Source of the DNA: Planctomycetia bacterium
Lineage (GTDB): Bacteria > Planctomycetota > PLA2 > JAEUHO01
Direction of reading: 5' to 3'
Assembly: GCA_043736435.1 (NCBI GenBank)
Contig: JAYTCP010000536.1
Span: 1 to 32,798, forward strand
Length of the DNA stretch: 32,798 nucleotides
Both the position numbers and the translations under genes were made by a program. This document shows, in pieces, positions 14,826-23,201 of this stretch (position 1 is its first letter; the number at the start of each line of letters is the position of its first letter). The notes under the pieces are model-generated. The model had not been told where the DNA came from and did no database searches. It was given only the letters and a program-made list of their open reading frames with translations.

Positions 14826-16784
14826 TCACTTCTTCGCGCCGAGTCGCGCCAGGATCCTGGCCGGGTAGACGCTCCTCGGGTCGGCCTGGGCCATGCGGCC
14901 ATAGAAGCCCACGAGGTCCTCCCGCATCCCCGCGTTCGCGAGGTCGTCGAGCCGTTCGACATCGCCCCGGTCGAAGTTCGCCCGCACGGTCCATAGGCGC
15001 AACGCATCCGCACGGGCTCCGGAGCGCGCCGCAGCGAGTGCGATCTTCCCGATCCACCCCGGGCGATCGAGCTCCCGGACCCTCGCGCGTACCTCCGCCC
15101 AGCGAGCCTCCGCGCTCCTCCAGTCGTCGAGTCCGAGGTGCGTGACGAAGAGCTCCCACGTGGCGGTCGCCAACGATCCGGCGTCCCTCAACCGGGCGGC
15201 CGCATCCTCCAGACGTGCCAAGCCGCGTTGCGGCGCTCCCGAGCGACAGAGGACCGTCCCGAGGACGAGGGCGCGACTCGCGGCTGTCCCCCGCGCGAGC
15301 GCCTCGGCCCGGTCCAGGAACGCGGAGTCCGGGTACGAATCCGCCATGCGGCGCAGCAGCGTCCCGGCCCGGGTGGCGTCCCACTCGGCGTGCGCCTCGA
15401 GGAATCGCCAGAGGCGCTCGTCCTCCGGCCCCGTGGGCTCGGGCGCGCCGCCACGTCCCTCGAGGATCTCCCCGAGCATGAACTCCGCGAGGGGGGAGGT
15501 TGGCTCGGCGGCCTCGTACTCCCGCCAGAGGAGCGCGCTTCCCTCCACCTGCCGCCCCGTTCGCGCGAGCCAGCTCACGTAGCCCCGCAGGATCTGCCCG
15601 CGGCCGGGTCCCGCGGGGGCCGGGGCCATCTCCCGGCCCGGCTCGCCGGTGAGCGAGAGCGCCGTGAGGAAGGCGGCCTCGGCGTCCCCTCGCTCGTTGC
15701 GACCGACGAAGTACTCCGCACGGGTCGCCCAGTACGCGACGCTGGTCTCGTTCGGCACCTCCGCGTCGCGGATTCGTCCCTCGATCACGCGGGCGCCGGA
15801 CGCGCCTTGGATCGCGCCAGCCTCGCGTGAGAGGTCGGCCGGCGGGAGGCCGTCCGGGTAGGCCGCCGTCAGCTCCAGGAGCAACGCCTGCGCCTTCGCC
15901 GCGTCGCCCGCGGCCAGGTACGCGCGCATGAGCGCGTGCTTCACCGAGCCTCTGAACTCGGCCTCGGACGTGCGCCTTGCGGGAGCGCCGGCCGTGTGGA
16001 CTCTCGGCAGGGCCTCCGCCTCCTCGTCCGTGAACGGCAGCGCGAGCGCACGCGTGAAGTACGAGACGGCGACCCCGGGCCAATCGGGCAGGAGCGCGTG
16101 ACCGAGCGTTTGGCAGGAGACGGCGAGTCTCGGCCTGGCCGTCTCGACGAGCCAGGAGACGTCCCCATTCCGATCCAGGCGCGCCTGCGCGTGGAGGTAG
16201 CGCTGGATGGCGGCGAGGTCCGAGGGCATCGCGCGCATCGCGCCCGCGAGCTCCGCGACGTACGGAGCGAGAGCCTTCCGCGACTCGAGGAAGTGCACCC
16301 GGAGGCCTGACCACCCATTCGCGTCGACCCGCTCGCGGGCGGCGAGCCATGCGTCGATTTCCGCGGTGGGGGTGCCCCGGGGCCACGATCCGAGGAGGTC
16401 GTCCGCATAGGACGCATGAGCGTGCGGCACGCGTTCGAGCAGACGGCGGGCCAGGAGCGCCTCCCCCCGCCGCATGAGGGTCGCTGCGACGTCCGACCCC
16501 TCGCGGCGCTGGGTCTCCGCCGGCAGCGCTCCGAGGGCATCGAGCTCGCGGTCGAGGTCTTCGAGATGTCCAGCCCTCACGAGCACCGAGATTCGGACGA
16601 AGAGTCCTGCGGCGTCGTCCGGGATCGGTGTGTCCTCGAGTTCGCGCGCCCACGCGCCGACGTCCCGCTCCGCCAGGCGCTCCACGACCTCCGCCTCCGT
16701 GCGGGCCCAGGAGGGGGGATCCTGGGCGCGCGCGCGTGGAGCGGCGAGAGCGGCCAGAAGGGCGAGCGCGAGTGCGGTCCGCAT
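14826..16784 (-). CDS. secreted all-helical (TPR-like) hypothetical protein
   Basis: 652-aa ORF with signal peptide MRTALALALLAALAAPRARAQ. Ala/Leu/Arg/Glu/Trp-rich composition suggests helical repeats. No catalytic motif seen and no family recognised. Confidence 0.8.
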   Translation of the reverse strand: MRTALALALLAALAAPRARAQDPPSWARTEAEVVERLAERDVGAWARELEDTPIPDDAAGLFVRISVLVRAGHLEDLDRELDALGALPAETQRREGSDVAATLMRRGEALLARRLLERVPHAHASYADDLLGSWPRGTPTAEIDAWLAARERVDANGWSGLRVHFLESRKALAPYVAELAGAMRAMPSDLAAIQRYLHAQARLDRNGDVSWLVETARPRLAVSCQTLGHALLPDWPGVAVSYFTRALALPFTDEEAEALPRVHTAGAPARRTSEAEFRGSVKHALMRAYLAAGDAAKAQALLLELTAAYPDGLPPADLSREAGAIQGASGARVIEGRIRDAEVPNETSVAYWATRAEYFVGRNERGDAEAAFLTALSLTGEPGREMAPAPAGPGRGQILRGYVSWLARTGRQVEGSALLWREYEAAEPTSPLAEFMLGEILEGRGGAPEPTGPEDERLWRFLEAHAEWDATRAGTLLRRMADSYPDSAFLDRAEALARGTAASRALVLGTVLCRSGAPQRGLARLEDAAARLRDAGSLATATWELFVTHLGLDDWRSAEARWAEVRARVRELDRPGWIGKIALAAARSGARADALRLWTVRANFDRGDVERLDDLANAGMREDLVGFYGRMAQADPRSVYPARILARLGAKK

Positions 16785-16870
16785 GGGATGCCCCGGGGGA
16801 CGGTCCCGAGGCTATGCCCGATCGCGGTGGCGCTCTGCACAAGGTGCGCAAGAGCTGCCTTGGGACGCCG

Positions 16871-16883
16871 ATTCTCGACCTGG
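16871..16883 (+). promoter_or_regulatory. second exact copy of the ATTCTCGACCTGG box
   Basis: The plus strand reads ATTCTCGACCTGGAGGATGAGTCGC.... It lies 87 nt from stop 16970 and 87 nt from start 16784, on the strand opposite to both flanking genes. It is identical over 13 nt to the minus-sense box at 6963..6975. Confidence 0.45.
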
Positions 16884-16969
16884 AGGATGAGTCGCAGCGG
16901 GGCGACCTCCTGATCACGATTCGGACGGTGCGCTCAGGTGGGCACCTGGCGCCGGGCGCCGGACCCCAC

Positions 16970-17851
16970 TCAGCGTTCCCCCGGCAGAGTCATGGCCCGG
17001 TGGAGGATCCAGACGGGCGTGATCCCCTCGTCGTGCAGGACCCGCAGGACCGTCATCACGTCGCCGCTCTTCATGCGATGCCGCAGGGGTCGCTGGACGT
17101 CGAGGACGGCCGCCTCCAGGTTGGGTGCCTGCGCGCGGATCCCGGCCGCCATCTTGCGCACGTCCACCTCCGTGCACCGACCCGTACTCCAGTGACGAGG
17201 CGTCGATGCTTCCTCCCGTGGGCTGGAAATCGCTTCCTCGATCGGCTCCTGCGTCACGGACATGCTCACCCGGCTCTGTGGGGGCTCGACGCCGTCGATG
17301 TCGTCCGGATCCACGCCGAGCTGCACCAGCAGCACGGGAACGGTCTCCTGGCCGACGAAGACCAGAGCCAACCCCTTCCCGTACTCGAGCGGCTGCAGGA
17401 CGGGGGGACGCGGATCTCCGAGTAGCGCGAGGCGCACATGCGTGGGGCCTGCGGGAGGCGCGGACACGAGCTCGAGGACCCAGAGCACACGATCCCACGG
17501 AACGCTGGCGTCGATCGACATCCCGAGGGCCGCTCGGGGGCTCAGCGCGCCGGGGGCGGTTCCCGCGGCGACCGCCGGGACCAGCACCGCTCGCAGGGTC
17601 TCGAGCGCCTCCCGTCGTGTCTCCTCGTTCCCGGCGATCAGATTGCCGAGGGCTCGGGCCGGCTCACCGTCCCGCGAGAAGGCCACCGCGCCATCGCCTT
17701 CGAGCGTCACGCGAGCCCACGCCCGATCGGCGGGCCCCGCCCCGTCCTCGTCGCGCACGGTCGCGCGCCGCTGCCACGCAGCGGTGGCGATCGTGGCGGC
17801 AAGGAGTCCCGCGATGCCAGCGAGCAGCGCGAGTGTGGCACGGCGAGTCAA
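16970..17851 (-). CDS. N-terminally anchored protein with two ExbD/TolR-like periplasmic modules (putative)
   Basis: 293-aa ORF with TTG start 17851 and GAGGAG 7 nt upstream. The TM is ATLALLAGIAGLLAATIATAAW. Two segments end in ExbD-like patterns: 'LGMSIDASVPWDRVLWVLELVSAPPAGPTHVRLAL' and 'AAVLDVQRPLRHRMKSGDVMTVLRVLHDEGITPVWI'. The resemblance is weak and from memory. Confidence 0.7.
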   Translation of the reverse strand: MTRRATLALLAGIAGLLAATIATAAWQRRATVRDEDGAGPADRAWARVTLEGDGAVAFSRDGEPARALGNLIAGNEETRREALETLRAVLVPAVAAGTAPGALSPRAALGMSIDASVPWDRVLWVLELVSAPPAGPTHVRLALLGDPRPPVLQPLEYGKGLALVFVGQETVPVLLVQLGVDPDDIDGVEPPQSRVSMSVTQEPIEEAISSPREEASTPRHWSTGRCTEVDVRKMAAGIRAQAPNLEAAVLDVQRPLRHRMKSGDVMTVLRVLHDEGITPVWILHRAMTLPGER

Positions 17852-17893
17852 GCGCGGCTCCTCGCATGTGCAACGCGCCGGAGGTCGCGAGGT

Positions 17894-18115
17894 TCATGGC
17901 GATGCGATGGACTCAGGCGGGTGTCCCAGGGTGCACGCCCACCCACAGGTCGTGCGCGTGTGCGCGGGGAGCAACTCCTCCTCTGGCCAGCCGCGCAGGA
18001 TGCCCGGCGGATCCGCAACGTGGACGTCCCAGCCCTCGAGGGCGGCCCGCAGCCCTTGCGCGGCGTCCCGGAAGCAGGCGACGTCCACGTCGGAGTGCTC
18101 CCCGTCCGTCGGCAT
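17894..18115 (-). CDS. possible small ORF (73 aa), function unknown
   Basis: ATG 18115 lies 25 nt after the stop of the giant gene. The first ~45 codons have almost 100% third-position GC by hand count. The 'EHSDVDV' motif is faintly nucleotidyltransferase-like. No SD. Confidence 0.3.
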   Translation of the reverse strand: MPTDGEHSDVDVACFRDAAQGLRAALEGWDVHVADPPGILRGWPEEELLPAHTRTTCGWACTLGHPPESIASP

Positions 18116-18140
18116 GGTGGATGGGCGGCACTTTACGTCC

Positions 18141-21100
18141 TCAACGGGGACCGGTCGGGAGCGAGGGCGCAGGCGGGGACGCCGCGGCCTCGAGCACCAC
18201 CTCGTCGCCGGGGCGGGCCGCGGTGCGCGCGGTCCATGTCCCGGCACCGATACGGGCCGTCGCGACGAGCGTGACGGGAAGGCCGGGCGGCAGCCCTTCG
18301 AGTACGAACGCACCGTCGGCTGCGCAATCCCCGGCGACGGTGTAGCCCTCTCCCTGCGCCAGGATCCGGGCGCCCGTCGCTGTCGCGGGCCAACGAACCC
18401 GACCTCGGATCCCGCCGGCCGGCACCGGGACGAGGACGACCTCGGCCCCTGCGGTCGCCGTGAAAGAGGCGAGCGCACATCGCCCCGTCGTACCGACGGA
18501 GAGGAAGAGTCTGTAGCTCGCCCCTCCCACGAGCGGCGGCAACGCCCCGGCCCCGACGGCCGGGAGCTCGACGCGGCCGGTCGGGGCGTCGGGGTCCCAC
18601 GGCTCGCGGGCGCGCGTGAGCACGAGGGACGCGGCCTGCCACGGGCCGCGGTCGAGTGTGTCGAGACGGAACCGGGCGTAGATCCCGCGCTGCACGACGA
18701 GCGTCACCGGCTCGCCCACGCGTGCCGACACCTCGCCCGATCCCAGCCCCGGATCGACGAACCCGTTGTTGAACGGGTCGAACGGGGGAACCGCCTCGAC
18801 GTGGAACGGGGCCTCCGTCAGGACCGGGATCTCGAAGGCGCCGTCCGTTCCCGCGAGCCCGTAGCCCGCGAGCTCGCCCCCCACCTTGAGGAGCACGAAC
18901 GCGCCGGGGAACGGGTCGCCTCGGTCGTCGCGCACGACGCCGCGGAGGAGACGCGGAGCCGGGAGCCGGATCGTCCCACCCAGCGGGGTCCACCGAGGGA
19001 TCACCAGGACGTCGTTGCGGTTGCCGTCCGCGATGCGTAGCTCGTACGTCGCGCCGGGGACGAGTCCGACGAGCTGCGCCTCTCCCGTCGGCTGGGTGCG
19101 CACCCGCTGTCGTTCCGGTTCTCCCGTGCCGGTCCGCGCGACGTCGACCACGTAGCCGTCCGCGGGGGCGCCTTGCGCGTCGACCATGGTGACGGCCACG
19201 TCCTCCCGCGCGACGAGGACCAATGTGACGCCCGGACCGCCCGGCTGCGCGCGCACCGGATCCACGAGCCCCAGCGACTCCCGGCGCCCGCGTCGGCGCC
19301 CGGAGAGGGCGACCTCCTCCTCCCCGCCGCTGCCGATGAGGAAGGAGCCGTCCGGCCCCGCCTTCGACGCCCCCACGTCCATCGAATCTTTCGTGAGCGC
19401 CGATGTCCCCTGCGCGATCACCTCGATCCCCGAGACGTCCGCCCCGGCCGGTCCCACGACTCGACCGAAGATGGGGCGCCCGGGCGGCAGGCGGATCTCG
19501 ACCCGTCGCTCGTCCGCGCGGAGGGGCCCGTACCGGGCGGGGCCGTACGGGAGCGCCGTGCCCTGGGCGTCCGTGGCGGCCGTGACCTCGATCGTCAGGC
19601 CCGCCACGCCGTCGGCCGTCGACAGTTCGTCGATCCCGGCGCGGCCCTCCGCTACGTACCCGTCGCCGCTGCCGCGGCCTGCGAGCCCCCACCGGATCCT
19701 TGCGCGGGCAACAGGACCGCCGTCGTGACCGACCACCCTCACCTCGATGCCTTCGGGGACCGCCGCATCTCCCCGCAGCTTCAGGCGCACGCCCCGAGAT
19801 CCCGCGACCACGACGAGGTCCGCTTTCGCCGACCCCTTCGATACGGAGAGACTCCACTCCCCCGGAGTGAACCCCTCGAATCGAAACCCGCCGTCCGAGT
19901 CCGTCGTGGCCATCCGAAAGCCGCCTCCTCGCGCAACAGCCCTCACGAAGGCCCCCGCGAGCGCAGCGCCGGCTGCGTCGGTCACCCGCCCCTCGATCGG
20001 GAGCCCCGGGTCGAGGGCCACCCGAATGGGTCCGTCCTCGTCACGGGGAATCGTCCGCGTCACGACCTGGGTCGCGTCATGGTGGGACACCCGCACGACG
20101 AGCGGCGTTCTCGGGAGCGGACCGAGCACGACGATGCCGGAAGGCCCGGCGACGACGCGAGCTTGCAGGTCGACAGCCCACGACCCGCGCGCCGCCGGGG
20201 CGGCTTCGAGCACGGCACCGGTCGCCGCCTCGTCACCGCGCCGGACCTCCACGGTCACCCAACGGGCTGGCGAGAGCGCGATCCGGAGTGGCAAGACCTT
20301 TCCGGCGGCCTTGCCGATGCGCGCGGCACCCGCCCCGTCGACGAAACCGGGCGCCGACGCCCTCACGTCAACCTCGGTCCGCGCGGCGATGCTCCGAATC
20401 GTGAAGGTACCGTCGGCGCCCGTGAGGACCGCGGCCTCCGTCGGCGGTGCGTCCTCGACGTCGTGTTGCGCCGTGTCCGAGGTTGTCCTCCAACGCACGA
20501 GCGCAGCGGCGACGGGCGCTCCGTCGCCATCCACCACGACGCCGGTCACCGACGCCGCAGGGACCGTTCGCGCGTCCACACGGGCTTCTCCGCCGACCGG
20601 GACGTCGAACAGTTCCGCGCCCTGAGGCGGCTCCGAGGCTCCCGAGAGACGTGGGGATGCGACCCCGGCGCCCAGCGCTTGGATCCACGCGGGGCCCGGC
20701 TCCACGTCCTCGACGACGAACGTGCCGTCGGGCCCGGAGACCACCGGCGCCGACTTGGGGACGAGGAAGGCGTCCCCGCCCTCCATGATCCGCACGGCCA
20801 CGCCCGCGACCGGAGATCCGTCGCCCGTGAGCACGCGGCCGCGCACGCGCCCGGACGCCGAGGCCGGCGTGAGGCGGACGAGCGCCTCGTCGGCCCCCGC
20901 GCCCGTGTTCACGTCCACCGGCATGCGCCCGGGCGCCAGGACGGTCAGGGTCGTCTCGACCGCCGAAGCGCCCTCGACGCTCAGGCGTCCGTCCGGGCCC
21001 GTCGTGCCGCCCGCGATCGACGACTCGCCGCGGATGGCGATGGCCCGCGCCCCGGCGACGGGCTTCCCGGCGCCGTCGAGGACGCGCACGATCCGCGGGC

Positions 21101-21809
21101 CGCGCGCCGGCATGCGCGCCTCGACGGTGGCCCCTCCTCCTCCCCCCGCGCCCCCCACCTTCACCTCCACGTCCGCTACCCCTTCCCATCGCACGCCGCC
21201 GCGACCCGCGAAGACCCGCCACCTCCCGACTGGCACGCGCTCGAGGAGGAAGGCGCCGTCGGGTCCCGTCGCCGCCCAACGCGGCGCGACGTGCGGCAGC
21301 GGGGTCTCGGCGTGGGCGGGGTGCAGCAGCACGTGGCCGTGAAACGCGGAACCATCCGCGGCAAGGGCGCGGCCCGTCACGCTGCCCACCGGACCGAGGA
21401 GCAGGGGCACCGCACCAAACGTCCCGGGCTCGACGTGCGTCAGCGGCGAGAGCGCGCACGTCGCATCCGGCCCGCGGGCCTCGACGACGTAGTTCCCGGC
21501 CTCGAGGTAGCGAAACGCGAAGTCGCCGCGGGCGTCGCAGGTCGTCGTGGCGATGGGGGAGGCGTCGGACGCGAGGAGATCGAGGATCCCGAGCTCGCGG
21601 CGCACCTGTTCGGACGTCGCCATCGAGTCAGGGTAGGAGACGCCCCGCCACAGGAGAACCTGCGCCCCTGGGGCGACGGCTCCGTTCGCGCGGACGGTGC
21701 CCCAGAGGCCGGCGCCGCGGGGGGCGGAGTCGGGCGGGGCGGCGAAGCCCGCGTCGGAGGCGCCGAGGAGGAGGAGCGCCGCGAGCGCGGCGAGGCGCGG
21801 GATCCGCAC
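18141..21809 (-). CDS. giant secreted protein with ~12 CarboxypepD_reg-like beta-sandwich repeats
   Basis: ORF 18141..21917. GTG 21809 gives a textbook signal peptide, (M)RIPRLAALAALLLLGASDAGFA. Alternative starts are GTG 21830, and TTG 21917 with GAGGA 6 nt upstream. It has recurrent 'hxGRVxDxxGxPhxGAxV' ... 'TxxDGxFxh' units, for example VRGRVLTGDGSPVAGVAVRI/SGPDGTFVVEDV and IEGRVTDAAGAALAGAFVRA/TDSDGGFRFEGF. Confidence 0.85.
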   Translation of the reverse strand: MRIPRLAALAALLLLGASDAGFAAPPDSAPRGAGLWGTVRANGAVAPGAQVLLWRGVSYPDSMATSEQVRRELGILDLLASDASPIATTTCDARGDFAFRYLEAGNYVVEARGPDATCALSPLTHVEPGTFGAVPLLLGPVGSVTGRALAADGSAFHGHVLLHPAHAETPLPHVAPRWAATGPDGAFLLERVPVGRWRVFAGRGGVRWEGVADVEVKVGGAGGGGGATVEARMPARGPRIVRVLDGAGKPVAGARAIAIRGESSIAGGTTGPDGRLSVEGASAVETTLTVLAPGRMPVDVNTGAGADEALVRLTPASASGRVRGRVLTGDGSPVAGVAVRIMEGGDAFLVPKSAPVVSGPDGTFVVEDVEPGPAWIQALGAGVASPRLSGASEPPQGAELFDVPVGGEARVDARTVPAASVTGVVVDGDGAPVAAALVRWRTTSDTAQHDVEDAPPTEAAVLTGADGTFTIRSIAARTEVDVRASAPGFVDGAGAARIGKAAGKVLPLRIALSPARWVTVEVRRGDEAATGAVLEAAPAARGSWAVDLQARVVAGPSGIVVLGPLPRTPLVVRVSHHDATQVVTRTIPRDEDGPIRVALDPGLPIEGRVTDAAGAALAGAFVRAVARGGGFRMATTDSDGGFRFEGFTPGEWSLSVSKGSAKADLVVVAGSRGVRLKLRGDAAVPEGIEVRVVGHDGGPVARARIRWGLAGRGSGDGYVAEGRAGIDELSTADGVAGLTIEVTAATDAQGTALPYGPARYGPLRADERRVEIRLPPGRPIFGRVVGPAGADVSGIEVIAQGTSALTKDSMDVGASKAGPDGSFLIGSGGEEEVALSGRRRGRRESLGLVDPVRAQPGGPGVTLVLVAREDVAVTMVDAQGAPADGYVVDVARTGTGEPERQRVRTQPTGEAQLVGLVPGATYELRIADGNRNDVLVIPRWTPLGGTIRLPAPRLLRGVVRDDRGDPFPGAFVLLKVGGELAGYGLAGTDGAFEIPVLTEAPFHVEAVPPFDPFNNGFVDPGLGSGEVSARVGEPVTLVVQRGIYARFRLDTLDRGPWQAASLVLTRAREPWDPDAPTGRVELPAVGAGALPPLVGGASYRLFLSVGTTGRCALASFTATAGAEVVLVPVPAGGIRGRVRWPATATGARILAQGEGYTVAGDCAADGAFVLEGLPPGLPVTLVATARIGAGTWTARTAARPGDEVVLEAAASPPAPSLPTGPR

Positions 21810-21926
21810 GGGGGAGCACTCGACTCGCACGGGGGCTAGGCTACCAGCCGGCCGCGATGGGCGGGTCACGGCCGGCCGGCCCGCACGCCACCGGTCGTCC
21901 CGCGGCCCACTCCGCAAGTCCGGTCC

Positions 21927-22286
21927 TCAGTCTCCCGTTGCGACTACCGTGGCGGGCTCGACCATCAGGACGACCGTGCGCTCCTTCGCGCGCGTGCGAT
22001 GGACGACGCCTTTGGGGACGGTGATCCCCTGTCTGGGCTCGAGCGTCACCGTGCGACCCTCGAGGTCGACCTCGAGCCGACCGGAGATCACGAAGAAGAA
22101 CTCGTCCTCGCGATCGTGCTTGTGCCAGTGGAACTCGCCGAGGAACACCCCCAGGCGCACGACCGAGTCGTTCACCTGCGTGAGCGTCTGGTTCCACCAG
22201 GGCTCGGTGCAGGCGTCCGCGAGCGCGCCCGCGTCGACGAGCTCGAGCGGCGCGTATCGCACGTCGGTGTGGATGTCGTATGCCAC
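21927..22286 (-). CDS. cupin domain protein
   Basis: ORF 21927..22481 trimmed to GTG 22286, with GGGAGG 4 nt upstream. The cupin motifs are 'GEFHWHKHDREDEFFFVISGRLEV' and 'GITVPKGVVHRT'. Confidence 0.8.
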   Translation of the reverse strand: MAYDIHTDVRYAPLELVDAGALADACTEPWWNQTLTQVNDSVVRLGVFLGEFHWHKHDREDEFFFVISGRLEVDLEGRTVTLEPRQGITVPKGVVHRTRAKERTVVLMVEPATVVATGD

Positions 22287-22381
22287 GTGGCCTCCCGTCT
22301 CGTCGCCGTCCGCCGTGCCGATGCTGCGCCCCGTGTCACCGACGGGCCGCCCCGAGGGACGGCCCGTCGGGCGGGCACAGC

Positions 22382-22975
22382 CTACTTCCTCGTGTACGTC
22401 GTCTCCATCACCGGCATCTCCTGGCCCTGCATGGTCATGGTCATCGCGAAGCCCAGCTCCTTCTCGCTCTTCACCGTCCATACCTGGTTGAACGGCATCT
22501 TCATGCCCGGCAGGTCCCGGGTGCCGGAGAGCGTCAGGGTCTTGCCGTCCTCCGAGCGCTGACCACGCGAGATGCTCGGTGCGGTGCTCATCGAGTCGAA
22601 CCAGTAGAGGACGAACTCCTTCTTGAGGTTGTCGTAGCCGGTGAGGCCGATCCCCTCATAGGCCTTCCCGCCGATGCTTCCGGCGAAGCGCTGCTCCTGG
22701 AAGCGGCCGTCGAGGATCATCTTCATCGTCGCGCTCGCCTGCGTCTTCTCCGGCTTGCCGTCGCGCCCGTACGCCGTCATCGCGACGGTCCACGGGCCCT
22801 CCTGGGACGCGAGCCACTTATGCATCGCGCCCGGCGTGCCGAGCTCGATCATCGCCTTCTCCATGTCGGAGCCGCCGCCGGGCGCGGCGGGCGGGTCGTC
22901 GCTGAACGCACGCCGCCCGAACCATCCACACGCGCCCGCTGCAACGACCGCGACCACGATCCACGTCTTGCCCAT
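22382..22975 (-). CDS. DUF1579 family protein (N-terminal anchor/signal)
   Basis: ORF 22382..23041 trimmed to ATG 22975, with GGAG 6 nt upstream. The DUF1579-type core is 'GRFQEQRFAGSIGGKAYEGIGLTGYDNLKKEFVLYWFDSMST'. Confidence 0.85.
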   Translation of the reverse strand: MGKTWIVVAVVAAGACGWFGRRAFSDDPPAAPGGGSDMEKAMIELGTPGAMHKWLASQEGPWTVAMTAYGRDGKPEKTQASATMKMILDGRFQEQRFAGSIGGKAYEGIGLTGYDNLKKEFVLYWFDSMSTAPSISRGQRSEDGKTLTLSGTRDLPGMKMPFNQVWTVKSEKELGFAMTMTMQGQEMPVMETTYTRK

Positions 22976-23201
22976 GGGAATCTCCAAGTTGATGGCCCGC
23001 GGCATGGCTGCTGGGGCCGAAGGGAGGGTAGAGCATCGCATCCCGCGCGTGTCGTGTCAGCCCGATCGGCCCAGGGGGCGATCCGTGGGCGGAGTCTTCC
23101 GGGGGCGGCGGGGGCCGGGGCCCGGGGAGGGCCCCGGGAGCGCGACCTCGGTACGCTGGGAACGACCGCTGCCCGCCCGTGCCCGATGCCTCGGAGATCC
23201 C

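Noticed and set aside
14731-16917. 728-aa minus-strand ORF in an alternative frame to 14826..16784
   Set aside because: The translation is Arg/Gly/Pro-rich. The 14826..16784 frame has a signal peptide and a natural composition.
19173-21839. 888-aa plus-strand ORF, and the related ORFs 18133..19857 and 20368..21459
   Set aside because: These are shadow frames of the giant repeat gene. They are Arg/Asp/Gly/Pro-rich and lack the periodic repeat motifs seen in the chosen frame.
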